DNA from: Selaginella moellendorffii
Lineage: Eukaryota; Plantae; Lycopodiophyta
Length of the DNA: 64,000 nucleotides
NCBI RefSeq assembly: GCF_000143415.4
Contig: NW_003314364.1
Location: 124,422 to 188,421, forward strand
Direction: 5' to 3'
Below the pieces are notes generated by a model, which was not told the DNA's origin, did no database searches, and worked only from the letters and a program-made list of their open reading frames with translations. Below, in pieces: positions 25,478 to 36,265 of this stretch. The stretch's first letter is position 1. Each line of letters opens with the position of its first letter. Position numbers and translations under genes: made by a program.

Positions 25478-25797
25478 GATGGCATGTATTTATTTAAAAA
25501 TGTAACTTATTATGGCATGGGGTTCCATGCCAAGGGGAAAGTAAAGATTGAATGGGGACTTGGGCTCCACCTAGACTCGGAGCAACTGAGCCAATATTAA
25601 AAGGATGGAAAGAAATTGGACGACGATGACAAGGAGAAGAGAGAGGTGAAGCAGTGGCAGGGGGAGGAGAAGTGATTAAGTAGACATTTCCTTGTTTAAA
25701 ATAAAATGGCATGTGCCTCAATGCAGTTGAATTTTGTTATATTTATATACTATATAAAGGTTTGGAAACCTTATTTTACAAGTGGGATAATGACAAT

Positions 25798-25821
25798 TCC
25801 CACTTTAACGAAATAGAGCTT
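25798..25821 (-). repeat. TIR (cargo-3' end) of copy 1
   Basis: Same end as 42476-42499 and 56566-56589. Confidence 0.93.
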
Positions 25822-25825
25822 AGAG

Positions 25826-28800
25826 GGGAGGATCGACATACTGTGCATCCAAGAGCACAAGATGGTGAAGGCTCCAGACTTCAATTTGGGCATGCACGGG
25901 AGAATTTGGTGGAATCCGGCCACGCAAGTGAGAACACGGTGTGGAGGAGGAACAGCGATCATCGTCTCTACCAAGTGGTCAGCGCAGGTACGCGACCACA
26001 GGGTGCTGGTCCCAGGGATAGCACAGTTGTTGGTCATACACCTACACTTTGGACGTGTTGGGATTGTCAACGTGTATGCACCCACTCGAAGAAGGGAGCG
26101 CGCACAAATGTGGACAGATATCCAGCAGAGCACTCAAGAAGTGGCAGACGAGTGGCTTGTGGTAGGAGACTTCAACATGGTGGAGGGTTTGAGTGACCGG
26201 CGAGTTTCACTGGAAACCATACAGGGGAGAGAGAGAAAGAGTTGGACAGTGCTAGTCGAAGCCTTGGGAGTCTTGGACCTCCAGCACGCAGAGGGGTTCG
26301 CTGCACACTCCCACCCATTCACGAGACGCCAATCGACAGGGTGCCAAGCTCGACTGGACAGGATTTACACTTCCACCAGGCTGCGACAAGACGGAGGGGG
26401 ACTCAAAACGTGGCCCACGTTTGCCACCTTTTCAGACCACGACCCACTCTGAGGCATTCTCAAGCTACAGGCGGTGAAAGGAACAGCGGTGCAGAGGAAG
26501 ATCACCAAAGCCACAATGGTTGACCCGGTAGCAGTGAAGCTCGTCCAGGAAACACTGGACAGCAGCAAAGGGGAACTTGTCTTGGCACTAGGCACTTGCT
26601 CCACTAAGCTCCGGGAAAGGCAAGCGGCTCTCAAAGGGGAAGTCTTGAAAGAGGTGAGACTGGCGAGACAAAAGGTGGCGGCAGCCCAGAGAATGGTCCT
26701 ACATGCAAACGACAAGGCCAGATGGACAGCAACACTGGATGAGAGGGAAGCAGAGCTGCGGGACAAAGAATATGCAGCGTGGAGTGGTGGACTCCGATCC
26801 CTGGAGGATAGCTGGGTGATGAATGAACGGCTTCTCAACAAAGCATTCTAAAAAGGGATCCGTCCAGTCACCGACTCCCCCCCGATCCTAGGACTGAGGA
26901 AGGACGATGGAGAAGTGGTCGAGGACCAATAGGGAATGCAGGGGCTGGCCCAGGAGTTCTACCAGAAGCTGTACACGGCCCAGCCCTGGTCCCCGGATAG
27001 GAGAGACGCCGCAGGCAGAGTGCTGTCTACTCTTCCACGCAGAGTTCCCGATGAGTACCTGGAGAAGTTGGTGGCCGACTTTTCATTGGAAGACCTCCAT
27101 CGAGCCCTGGAGCAGCGGAACGATGACAAGATGCCAGGTATGGACGGCCTCCATCCGGCATTCTATGAGGAGTATTGGGACGACGTTGGCCTGATGCTCC
27201 TGGAGACATGGCGAGACGCACAGAAAACAGGGGTGCTGCCAGGAGAGATACTAGAGGGGAAAGCCAGGCATCGAGACTTGGGGACAGGAGATAGGCTTTC
27301 AGTGGCTTCGCCCTGGCGAAGACACTCGGTACCTCGGCATCCAGGTTGGGACCCAGTACAATGCGGCTACACAGGATGACACGCTTCTCAGGAGGATCCA
27401 GACCGCAGTTCAGAAATGGACACCAAGGAAACTCAGACTCCCAGCCCGGATTGTAGTGGTCAAGAGTGTGATCCTCCCTAGCATCTGGTACCACCTCTCG
27501 ATTTGGCCAGTGCTGGAAACTACACTGCAGAAGGTGAGACAGATGGTGCGGACCTACGTATGGCGTGGAGCATTGGCTACAGGGTGAACCATGGCCAAGG
27601 TGGCATGGCAATCTACAGCGAGGCCGCACATTCTAGGGGGGCTGGGGATCATTGACCCCAGCAACATGGCAAAGGCGATGAGGTACAAGATTTTTCTCAT
27701 GGGCTTGCAACAGGGGAGACAGCCGTGGCGACTCATGTTCTGGCAGAGCCTCCTAGCGATACGCCCCAAACACAATGCAGCCAAACCGTGGGAGGAGGAC
27801 CCACGGTGGCTCTTCGCAGAAGGACCGACGCAGGTAGTGAGGGGGGGCAACTTCGTCCAGAGCCTTCATCGACTATAGAGAGCCTTTCCGCTGGAGCAAA
27901 CACCACCGACCAGGGCCGAGGAGTGGCTCAACCAGCCTTTGTTTTTCAACGCACTGTTCAAAGAGGGAGGTGTGACACTAGGACGAGAGACACACCACAC
28001 GATCTGGAGGAAAATGCATGCAAATGGATTCCGGACAATGAAGCAGCTGGCGGGAGTGATTGACAAGGATTGGTGGCGAACAGCGAGAAGGACTCAAGTG
28101 TTTGGACCTTGGAAGGGACGTAACATCCTGCTGGACGTTCTGCGACTCCTCCGAGTGGTGAACAACACGAAAGCAGGGACGAAGTGGCCGAGAAGATGCC
28201 TTCAAGCAGGAGACTTTGTGGCGATCCAGCGGCAAACAGAGTGGGAGGAACACGATGCTGTGCGACGTCCGCTAGGGATGTGGACTCGAGCATTCACCGC
28301 ACCTACACCAGCATGGGAAGAAGGGGACGTTGAGGTGTGGTTCGTTGCTGCACCAGAGCTCAACATAGGACTCCCGTTTCGCATCACGAGAGGAGACACG
28401 CTTCTCCCGACGGGTGAGAGACAAGAGATGCCAGACGTCACGGACGATGAGGTACGTGGGAGAATCCGTGTGCTTAGGCACTCACCCAAGAGGCTGGACG
28501 TGGTGGACTCAGAAGACCTGCTGGAGGGCGATGGATCACTGATATGGTGGCGACAGCAGCTACTAGAAGATCTGGACTGGGACCCTGCTACATGGCGACG
28601 AGGGACAGGAAGCTTTTTCTCCTACGCAGTCAAAGAAGCGCGGAATGGACTACTAACATCACGAGAGGAGGTGAGAGAGGAGATTCCGAAGCTGTGGCAG
28701 AAGTGGATAGCACAGGGGGTCGGCGCGGAGCAAGTGGTGGACAACACGATTCACTTCTGGAAGTTGCCCGTGCAGGAAAAAGTGAAAGTCACCTCGTGGT

Positions 28801-29501
28801 TGGTAGCAAACAATGGGCTTCCGGTTGGACAGCAATTCCAGGACGACGCGAGTCGCAAGTGCAGGGAGTGTGACGAAATCGAGACAGTCAAGCATGCACT
28901 GTTGGAGTGTGACACTGCAAAGGAGGTGTGGCGCCAGATTATTAAGGCAGGGAAGGAGTTGGGCGTGACACAGGATTTCGAGGCCCGCAGTGGGGATGTG
29001 CTTCACTGGTTTGAGGAAGCGAGAGGCCCTGCCCAGGGCCCAGCCCTACGACACATCAGGTGCAGAGGACGACATGGCTGGGGGATTCAGGTCCGGTGGG
29101 ACACGACCGGGGCGGAGGTAGGAGTCCCCGTGTGGGAGGCGCTTGGACATGCTCAATGGGCGATATGGCCTGCGACGGGAGTCCAGGCCCTTTGGGAAGC
29201 ACGTAACCGGGCGCACTTCGAAGGGACACAGGTCAGAGTATCACAGGTACTGGCAGAGTGGTGGAGACTTACACTGGCGGCAATACGGCTTCACCATGCT
29301 ATCCTCCGGGACAGAGGGAAGCTCGAGAGGCTCGAGGAGTGGCAGAAAGCATGGCTGCCATGTTTTGGTAGAGGAGATCACAAGGATGTTCGTTGGAGAT
29401 GGCACCCCCCGGAGTCGATCTTGCGGTCAGCACGAAGGAGGGACGTGGATCTGGACGTGATACGACGGAGACAACCGCAGCTGCTTCTACTGCAGGCCTA
29501 G
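25826..29501 (+). pseudogene. LINE ORF2 remainder: APE, RT flanks with the core deleted, C-terminal Zn finger
   Basis: NVYAP, GDFN, RLDRIY, SDH, KMPGMDG, RYLGI, GGLG, CRECDEIETVKHALLEC; stops and frameshifts. Confidence 0.85.
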
Positions 29502-29638
29502 TCTCACTTTAGATGAGGGAGATCACCACTAGGTAGCATGAGCTTCAGGCAGCATGCCCAGTTTTTGTATTAGTCTCTATGGGACATTGGGGAATGTACA
29601 TACACGTTTCATCGAACTTCTTCTATGGGTGGTGGAGT

Positions 29639-30798
29639 TGTAAGGAACCAATCGCCGAGGTGTCGTAGGCTAAAAGAGCCCCGAAAGCTTGACCAAAATG
29701 ATAAAGAGTTCATTGGAGGGGACCAAGTCTAAGATCGAGTCCAAGACCGACTCTAAGACCGAGTTCGAGATAGAGTCCGGAATCAAGTCCAAGACCGACT
29801 CGGAGACCGAGTTTGAGACCGAGTTCAAGACCAAGCTCAAGACGGAGTCCGAGATCTGAAATCGGGTCCGAGACTGAGTCCGAGGTCGAGTCCGAGGTCG
29901 GGTCTGAGATCGGGTCCGAGATCGAGTCCGAGATCGAGTCCGAGACCGAATCCGAAGTCGGATCCGAGATCGAGTCCGAGATCGAGCCAGAGACTAAGTC
30001 CGAGTACTAATACAGGTCAAGGGGTGAAAGCCCAAAGTGTGCGTCTCCCAGGGGGGGCGGGGGCTGCAAGGGGTTCCAAATGTATAGTAGGGATAGTGAG
30101 GTCCAGGAACCAGTCTTGAAGGAACTCTCTAGTGGTGCTTCCAAATTGACTTGAGGTTGAGACTGGGGCCGAGGGGCCTTGGGTGGGAGTGAGTATGGGC
30201 TTGGGTGGTGCCGGAGGGGCCACCCAGGGAAGTGTTCAAGAGCAGCTCCCACTCCCGAAAGGGAAACCGACTGCAGTGCTCCCGGCTCATGTGGAGTGGT
30301 GCCCCACTTGAGTACCTTGCGGCTCATTGGTCCTCGCCCTTCCTAGGGGCTTGGGCCTTCCCTTCGGGATGGAAGTGGGGGGGTAGAGGTACCCATACCG
30401 GGCCGTTAGGCCACGGTGTTTCGCCCCGATGTCCCGAAGCAAGTGCTGCACCCAAGGCTTGGGATTTAGAGGGTCCCATGATCAAGTCTTGTTGTACCAA
30501 GGGGTGTTAGGAACCTGGAGGCTTGGTGTGCTTGGCTGCTTGTACCTGCGGAGAGTGTAGCCGAACCTTAAGTCCAGTCTAACCCAGGGAGGGGGATTGG
30601 GAGAGATTTGGGAATCCGTAGATGGATGGTTAACACTCCGTTGCTCGTGCAGTGAGTAGATGAAACCAACTAGGACCAAGTAGGAGCTGGTACAATAGGC
30701 AAGAACCTTGGCAAGGGAACTTAGCACAAGCCAAGGTAGTGTTGGTCGGACAGACGAGGTAAGCTGGCAAATTGGAAAGGAAAAATTTGTGGCTTACA
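29639..30798 (+). mobile_element. 3' LTR (family 'LTR-B') preceded by a PPT
   Basis: TGTAAGG...GGCTTACA; PPT CTATGGGTGGTGGAGT; inverted homologue at 40096-41263. Confidence 0.85.
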
Positions 30799-30802
30799 GT
30801 CT

Positions 30803-31070
30803 GGCCCCAGACACGTCGGGCACCCGGACATGTCGAGCACTTGATATGTCGGGCCCCGATATGTCGGGCCCCGGACATTTCCGGCACCCGATATGTCCGG
30901 CCCCAGACATGTCGGGACATGTCAGGCACCCGATATATCCGGCCCCGGACATGTTGGGTCCCGGATATGTCGGGCACCCGATATGTCCGGCCCCAAATAT
31001 ATCGGGCCCCGGACATGTTGGGCACCCGATATGCCGGGCCCCGGATGTGTCTGGCCCTGGATATATCCGA
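30803..31070. repeat. ~32-bp GC-rich, internally palindromic tandem repeat (CCCCGGACATGTCGGGCACCCGATATGTCCGG)
   Basis: About 8 degenerate units. Confidence 0.8.
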
Positions 31071-31099
31071 GTTTTATTTTGACACGTGGCTTGGCCTTT

Positions 31100-31272
31100 G
31101 GTTTGATCTCATAGAGTTTTATGGTTTTCAATGTGTGCCACATTGACACATGGCATGCACTTTGGTTCGTGCTCAGAGTTTTATGGTTTTCAATGTGTGC
31201 CATATTGACACATGGCATGTGCTTTGGTGAGTTTTATGGTTTTCAATGTGTGTCACATTGACACATGGCATG
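31100..31272. repeat. ~55-63-bp tandem repeat (GAGTTTTATGGTTTTCAATGTGTGCCACATTGACACATGGCATG) x3
   Basis: Direct read. Confidence 0.75.
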
Positions 31273-31541
31273 CCCTTTGGCTTCTCATAGTTGGAGTTTA
31301 GTGTCCTTGTATTCCATGTGAAATACATATGTTTGGACTTGCTTGCCATTCCATGTGGTGACAATCACAACACATTCTTTGTGACTTATACCCTAGTTAA
31401 TAACTAGCTAATGGCACAATTTGGCAAATACACCTTACATTGACAATTGTAAGTAGTATTTAAGGACCATACACTTTCATGCTATGGAAAAATACTCAAA
31501 GTTTATATATTAAAACAGTGATCTTACAAAAATAAATGACT

Positions 31542-31691
31542 TGTAAGGAAAGAAAAAAAGAGGGGGTCATTTGGACTTCCCATGTGGTCACCCAGCCTAG
31601 TACTATTCAAGCCCAGAGACACTTAACTTTGGAGGTCTGATGGGATCCAGTGCCATAGTCACGGTTTGAACCCACTTTAAAATATTTCACA
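31542..31691 (-). mobile_element. Cassandra-like LTR carrying 5S rRNA-derived sequence (31573-31673)
   Basis: Minus strand GCACTGGATCCCATCAGACCTCCAAAGTTAAG...GTACTAGGCTGGGTGACC...GGGAAGTCC matches plant 5S rRNA; TG/CA ends and an adjacent purine tract. Confidence 0.6.
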
Positions 31692-31834
31692 CTCCCCCTA
31701 CTCTTATAGTGTGGGGCAGCTGATCCAAAGCTGCAGCGTACCTCCACAATCCCGTGTTCTTTTTGGGTGCCAAATTGACACGCTATTTGTCGTGCTTACA
31801 TCCAGCAAGTCACTATATTGCCCAACACATTATA

Positions 31835-32160
31835 GTGAGGGTGTTTGGCAAACACGGTAAGCTATCATTCAGTGATATTGAGGGACTAGTCTCAATATGC
31901 AAGGGTTCTTGCTAAGCTAGTGCAAGATAGAGCAAAAGAGAACTAAAAGGCTATGCCAAGTATGCTTGGCCAAATAGACACTTAGGAATTTTGTCCTTAT
32001 GCTCATCCAGCCAAGTATAGATGCTAAGTCCAATTTACTAACACTTGGAAAAAAGGGGCCAATAAAGGGAACCAGTAATACCGTCATGGTAGTAAGGGGA
32101 GAGTGTCCATAAGGACTGGCTGAAAAGTATCTTTCGATACCCGAAGTTATGTTTGTGACA
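31835..32160 (-). mobile_element. Degenerate LTR fragment (family 'LTR-C')
   Basis: Inverted similarity to 39778-40095 (GTGTTTGGCAAACACGGTAAG, TTTCGATACCCGAA). Confidence 0.5.
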
Positions 32161-32309
32161 TAAGGCCTTGAACCTCAGGTTCCACACCACTGTCTTATAG
32201 ACATGTGGCATGTGACACATGGCATATGGAGGGTTTAGGTTCCGCTTCGTGATGTTATCCTATGGTAAATCACCATATGATAAAGGGTAAAAACCACGTG
32301 TGCTACATT

Positions 32310-32320
32310 TGGTATCAGAG
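32310..32320 (+). promoter_or_regulatory. PBS (tRNA-iMet) of another LTR element whose LTR ends at 32307
   Basis: ...TGCTACA-TT-TGGTATCAGAG. Confidence 0.55.
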
Positions 32321-32746
32321 AATGAGTCTCGGCGATTACTATTCAATGAGATTGGGCAACTAGTCTCATTGCATACGCAGAGATGAAACGATGATTCGAA
32401 TGGGTACACGTTTGGGTGCAAAGGCTTCGCAATTGTTCCTTGGGTATGGATTTGGTTACCTTTTTGTACTGTATTATGTGAGCTTGCTCTTGGGCTCATA
32501 AGAGGGATTGAATTATTCCGGTTGCACGAGTTTGAGCTTGGGCTCATGAGTGAGGCACATTAACAACTCAAGGTTACACTTTGAGTTGGCAAGATTAATG
32601 TTAGCCTATCGGTGGTTCCATGAGTTGTTCCATGTACCGTGGGTGAAAGTAAACCTTCCTTGGGTTTGCTATGAGTGGCAAATAGGCTGGTTCATAGCTG
32701 TTTAGCACGGCACTAGTGCATCCTTCCTAGGCATGATTAAAGTGGA

Positions 32747-34462
32747 TGTAAGCGACTAATTTTTCCATTCTACTTTAGTCACTTAACCACACCTCCGACC
32801 ATTTGGAGGAGTCTCATTCACAACCTCCATAAGTCCAATTCAGGACTTGGGACTTGCTAGCCCCGAGAATGGCATCTATGCCACTCAACATTTGCACTTG
32901 GTCCAAGTGCTCCACGTGTCCAATCCCATGACCGACACTCAAAGGTACCACCGACATAGCAGCCTGTTACGCTAAGGCCATGCCCAATCACCTTTGCCAC
33001 ACTGGTAGTCCAATACCACTTGCATCATAGTCTTGGCTCTCCAAGACTAGGCAATCCATCCGTGAGTGGTCATATCAGATCCACTCCTTAGCATCCTTAG
33101 GATGCCCATCGACAAGGGGGATAGCCTTCCCCAATATCCGTATGTCAGTCTCCACTAAGTCCCTTTCTGCCCCTGGCCGTGTTTGCCAACACTGCCACTG
33201 GATCGAGGCCCACAGGCCCGACCACTAAGTCCCACGGTCCTCTGGGACTTCCTCACCACACGACTGTGTCCTTGGTCACTACCCCAGAGGACTGCTCCTC
33301 TTCCTTTCCACAGTCTGGGCCTTTGGGACAACATTTCGGAACACCGTGGCCTTACGCGAGCCACCTGGGTACTCTCCCTGCCTTCCGCCCTTGGGTGCTC
33401 TAGCCATGGGCTTAGAGCGAGGTTCTGTTGAGCCACGCCTGGTATCCAAGTAGGTAGTGCCACCCACACTTGGACTGGGAGCATCGGCCAGTCGATCTCC
33501 CGAGGGAACTAGAGCCGGCTCTTGAACACTTCACCAAGCTACCCCGCTTGTCGGTCCGTGTTCACTCTAGTCTTGGACTTCCCAGTGGTCAGCTCATCAC
33601 CCAACACTGGGTCTGGCCTTCCTGGGCCAAACTGGCTCCACTGGGCTCCAACCCCCACACTCTCCCCCTACTATACTTTTGGAACCCCCTGCAGCCCCCC
33701 CCCCCCCTGGGGGACGATCGCTTTGGGCTTTCACCCAACTGCCTGTATTAGTATTCGGATCGGACTCAGACTCGGACTCGAACTCAGTCTCGGTCCCGGA
33801 TTCGGACCGGACTCGGTCTCGGTCTCGGTCCCGGTCTCGGTTCCATCTCGGACTCCATCTCGGATTCCATCTCGGGTCCATCTCGGACTCCATCTCGGGT
33901 CCATCTTGGACTCCATCTCGGGTCCATCTCGGACTCCATCTCGGACTCCCTATCGGACTCCACTTCAGGTCCATGTCGGACTCCATCTCGGACTCCATAT
34001 CGGACTCCACTTTGGGTCCATCTCGGACTCCACTTTGGGTCCATCTCGGACTCCATCTCGGACTCCATATCGGACTCCACTTCGGGTCCATCTCGGACTC
34101 CATCTCAGACTCCATATCGGACTCCACTTCAGGTCCATCTCGGACTCCATATTGGACTCCATCTCGGACTCCACTTTGGACTCCATATCGGACTCCACTT
34201 CGGGTCCATCTCGGACTCCATCTCGGACTCCATATCGGACTCCACTTTGGGTCCATTTTGGGTCCCTTTTTGGAGCCTTGCTTATTGGTTGCCTCGTGCT
34301 TGCTCCTCGAGCACTTTGTTGGGAGTTCCACTCTCGCTCTCGACCTTCCAAGTCGGAGCTTTTAGTCCAAACGTGTTATGCTCGTTTGGCTTTCGCTTCG
34401 GCCACTACCACGTGGCACCCTTTCCGGCTCCACTTTGGGGCCTAGGGATTTTGTGTCTCACA
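32747..34462 (-). mobile_element. Solo LTR (LTR-A, 1716 bp)
   Basis: TG...CA; TSD GTGGA on both sides. Confidence 0.95.
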
Positions 34463-34775
34463 GTGGATCAATCAAAGACTGTAGGGATGAGTCTAATGAT
34501 TCAAGTATTCATTGCCGTGCTCTCTCATAAACTTTTCTTAGATTGGACTGAAGGCAATGTTAATACAAGTTTGAGGTTTAGTAAAAAATGAGACCAAAAA
34601 GAGAGTCATCAGGGACAAAGGATCAAACACGTAAATCGTCTTTTCTTCTTGGAAAAATGATTTGCAACGAGGTGTGACTCATTTCTCGTGTTCACATCAT
34701 GAAATCAAGAGTCTCTACCTTGATGCATATTGGAAATGATGGTTTTACAAATGGTGAGTCGTGGGATGGATAATG

Positions 34776-36265
34776 GTGAAGCGCTAAACCATTTTGTCTA
34801 AGCTTGCTATTGAAGACTTGGGTTGCAATGCTCAATTCTTTTCCGGGGAACCTTGTTATTGCTCCTTGAATAGCTTGGTGTTAGATTAGTGTTGAGTTTG
34901 GTTGGATAGAGAGTGGCATGAACTTTTCTGTGTTGTAAACAAAAGTTAATAGTGTTGGGTGTTGTAAATCTCTATCGGTGGAGTGTGGCATTTATGTTAC
35001 ATTTTGTCGAATTGAGTTGACACTTGATACTCACAAAACCTTTGAAGTAATGACATGGGTGTTGCTCATGATGTTGCTTGTTTGATGATCAAGACATTGT
35101 GATTTTTATATCATATCCAAGTGATGATGAGCAATGTGTTTACAAAGTTGCTTAGTTAAACGGTGATCAACCCCAAAGTGGTTGATGGTGAAGCTAGTCT
35201 ACTTACATATAGTAGCATTGTAGTAACTTTGACTCGATTCTCGATGGTGATCCATTGTGCTAAGCTTGAGTTGGTATGTTGTTTCCTTGAGGGTTTGCCC
35301 ATAAGGTGTTGGAAAAGGGTTATAGCATTCATTTGTTATAGCTTATCAGTTGATCCGTTAGCATTTGGAGTAGATTGTTGGATGGAGAAGGTGTGTAGTT
35401 GAGGCATTGACATCACTAGCACTTGTGTTAATGAAGATGACATTGTTATGTTGAGTGATAAGGAATTTTCCTTAGAGCTTGATTTTCCATGTCATTCTTT
35501 TTATTAGTTTTTGGCGGTGAATCTTATTAGTATTAGCAATGAAGCGCTAAACCATTTTATCTAAGCTTGCTATTGAAGACTTGGGTTGCAATGCTCAATT
35601 CTTTTCCGGGGAACCTTGCTATTGCTCCTTGAATAACTTGGTGTTAGATTAGTGTTGAGTTTGGTTGGATAAAGAGTGGTATGAGCTTGTCCGTGTTGTA
35701 AACAAAAGTTAGTGGTGTTAGGTATTGTAAATCTCTATTGGTGGAGTGTGGCATTTATATTACATTTTATCGAATCAAGTTGACACTTAATACTCACAAA
35801 ACCTTTGAAGTAATAACATTGGCATTGCTCGTGATGTTGCTCAATTGATGATCAAGTCATTGTGATATTTATATCATATCCATATGATAATGAAAAATGT
35901 GTTTATGAAGTTGCTTGGTTAAACAATGATCGACCCTAAAGTGGTTAATAGTGAAGCTAATTTACTTGCATGTAGTAGCATTGTAGTAGCTTTGACTAGA
36001 TTCTCAATGGTGGTCCATTATGCTAAGCTTGAGTTGGTATGTTGTTTCCTTGAGGATTTGCCTATTAAGGTGTTGGAAAAGGGTTGTAACACTCATTTGC
36101 TATAACTTATTAGTTATTCCGTTAACACTTGGAGTAGATTATTGGATGGAGAAGGTGTGCGGTTGAGGCATTGGCATCGCTAGCACTTGTGTTACTGGAA
36201 GTGGCATTGTTATTTCGAGTGATGAGAAATTTTCCTTAGACCTTGATTTTTCAAATCATTTTTCT
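34776..36265. repeat. Diverged ~760-bp tandem duplication in an old T/G-rich remnant
   Basis: GAAGCGCTAAACCATTTT at ~34778 and ~35541, collinear afterwards. Confidence 0.8.

Larger units (their letters stand above)
10896..25821. mobile_element. Large TIR DNA transposon, copy 1 (Sola-like), with cargo gene
   Basis: TIRs ATGCTCTATTTCGTTAAAGTGGGA / TCCCACTTTAACGAAATAGAGCTT; TSD AGAG at 10892-10895 and 25822-25825. Confidence 0.93.
7179..29615 (+). mobile_element. Near full-length L1/Tx1-like LINE interrupted by DNA transposon copy 1 (10896-25821)
   Basis: ORF1 with CCHC knuckle; ORF2 with APE endonuclease, RT flanks and CCHC finger; ORF2 frame is restored (EIGLE-GRIDILCIQEHK) when the insert and one AGAG are removed. 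Confidence 0.9.

Noticed and set aside
31671-31680. CCCACTTTAA matching part of the transposon TIR
   Set aside because: Only 10 bp, with no other element sequence nearby
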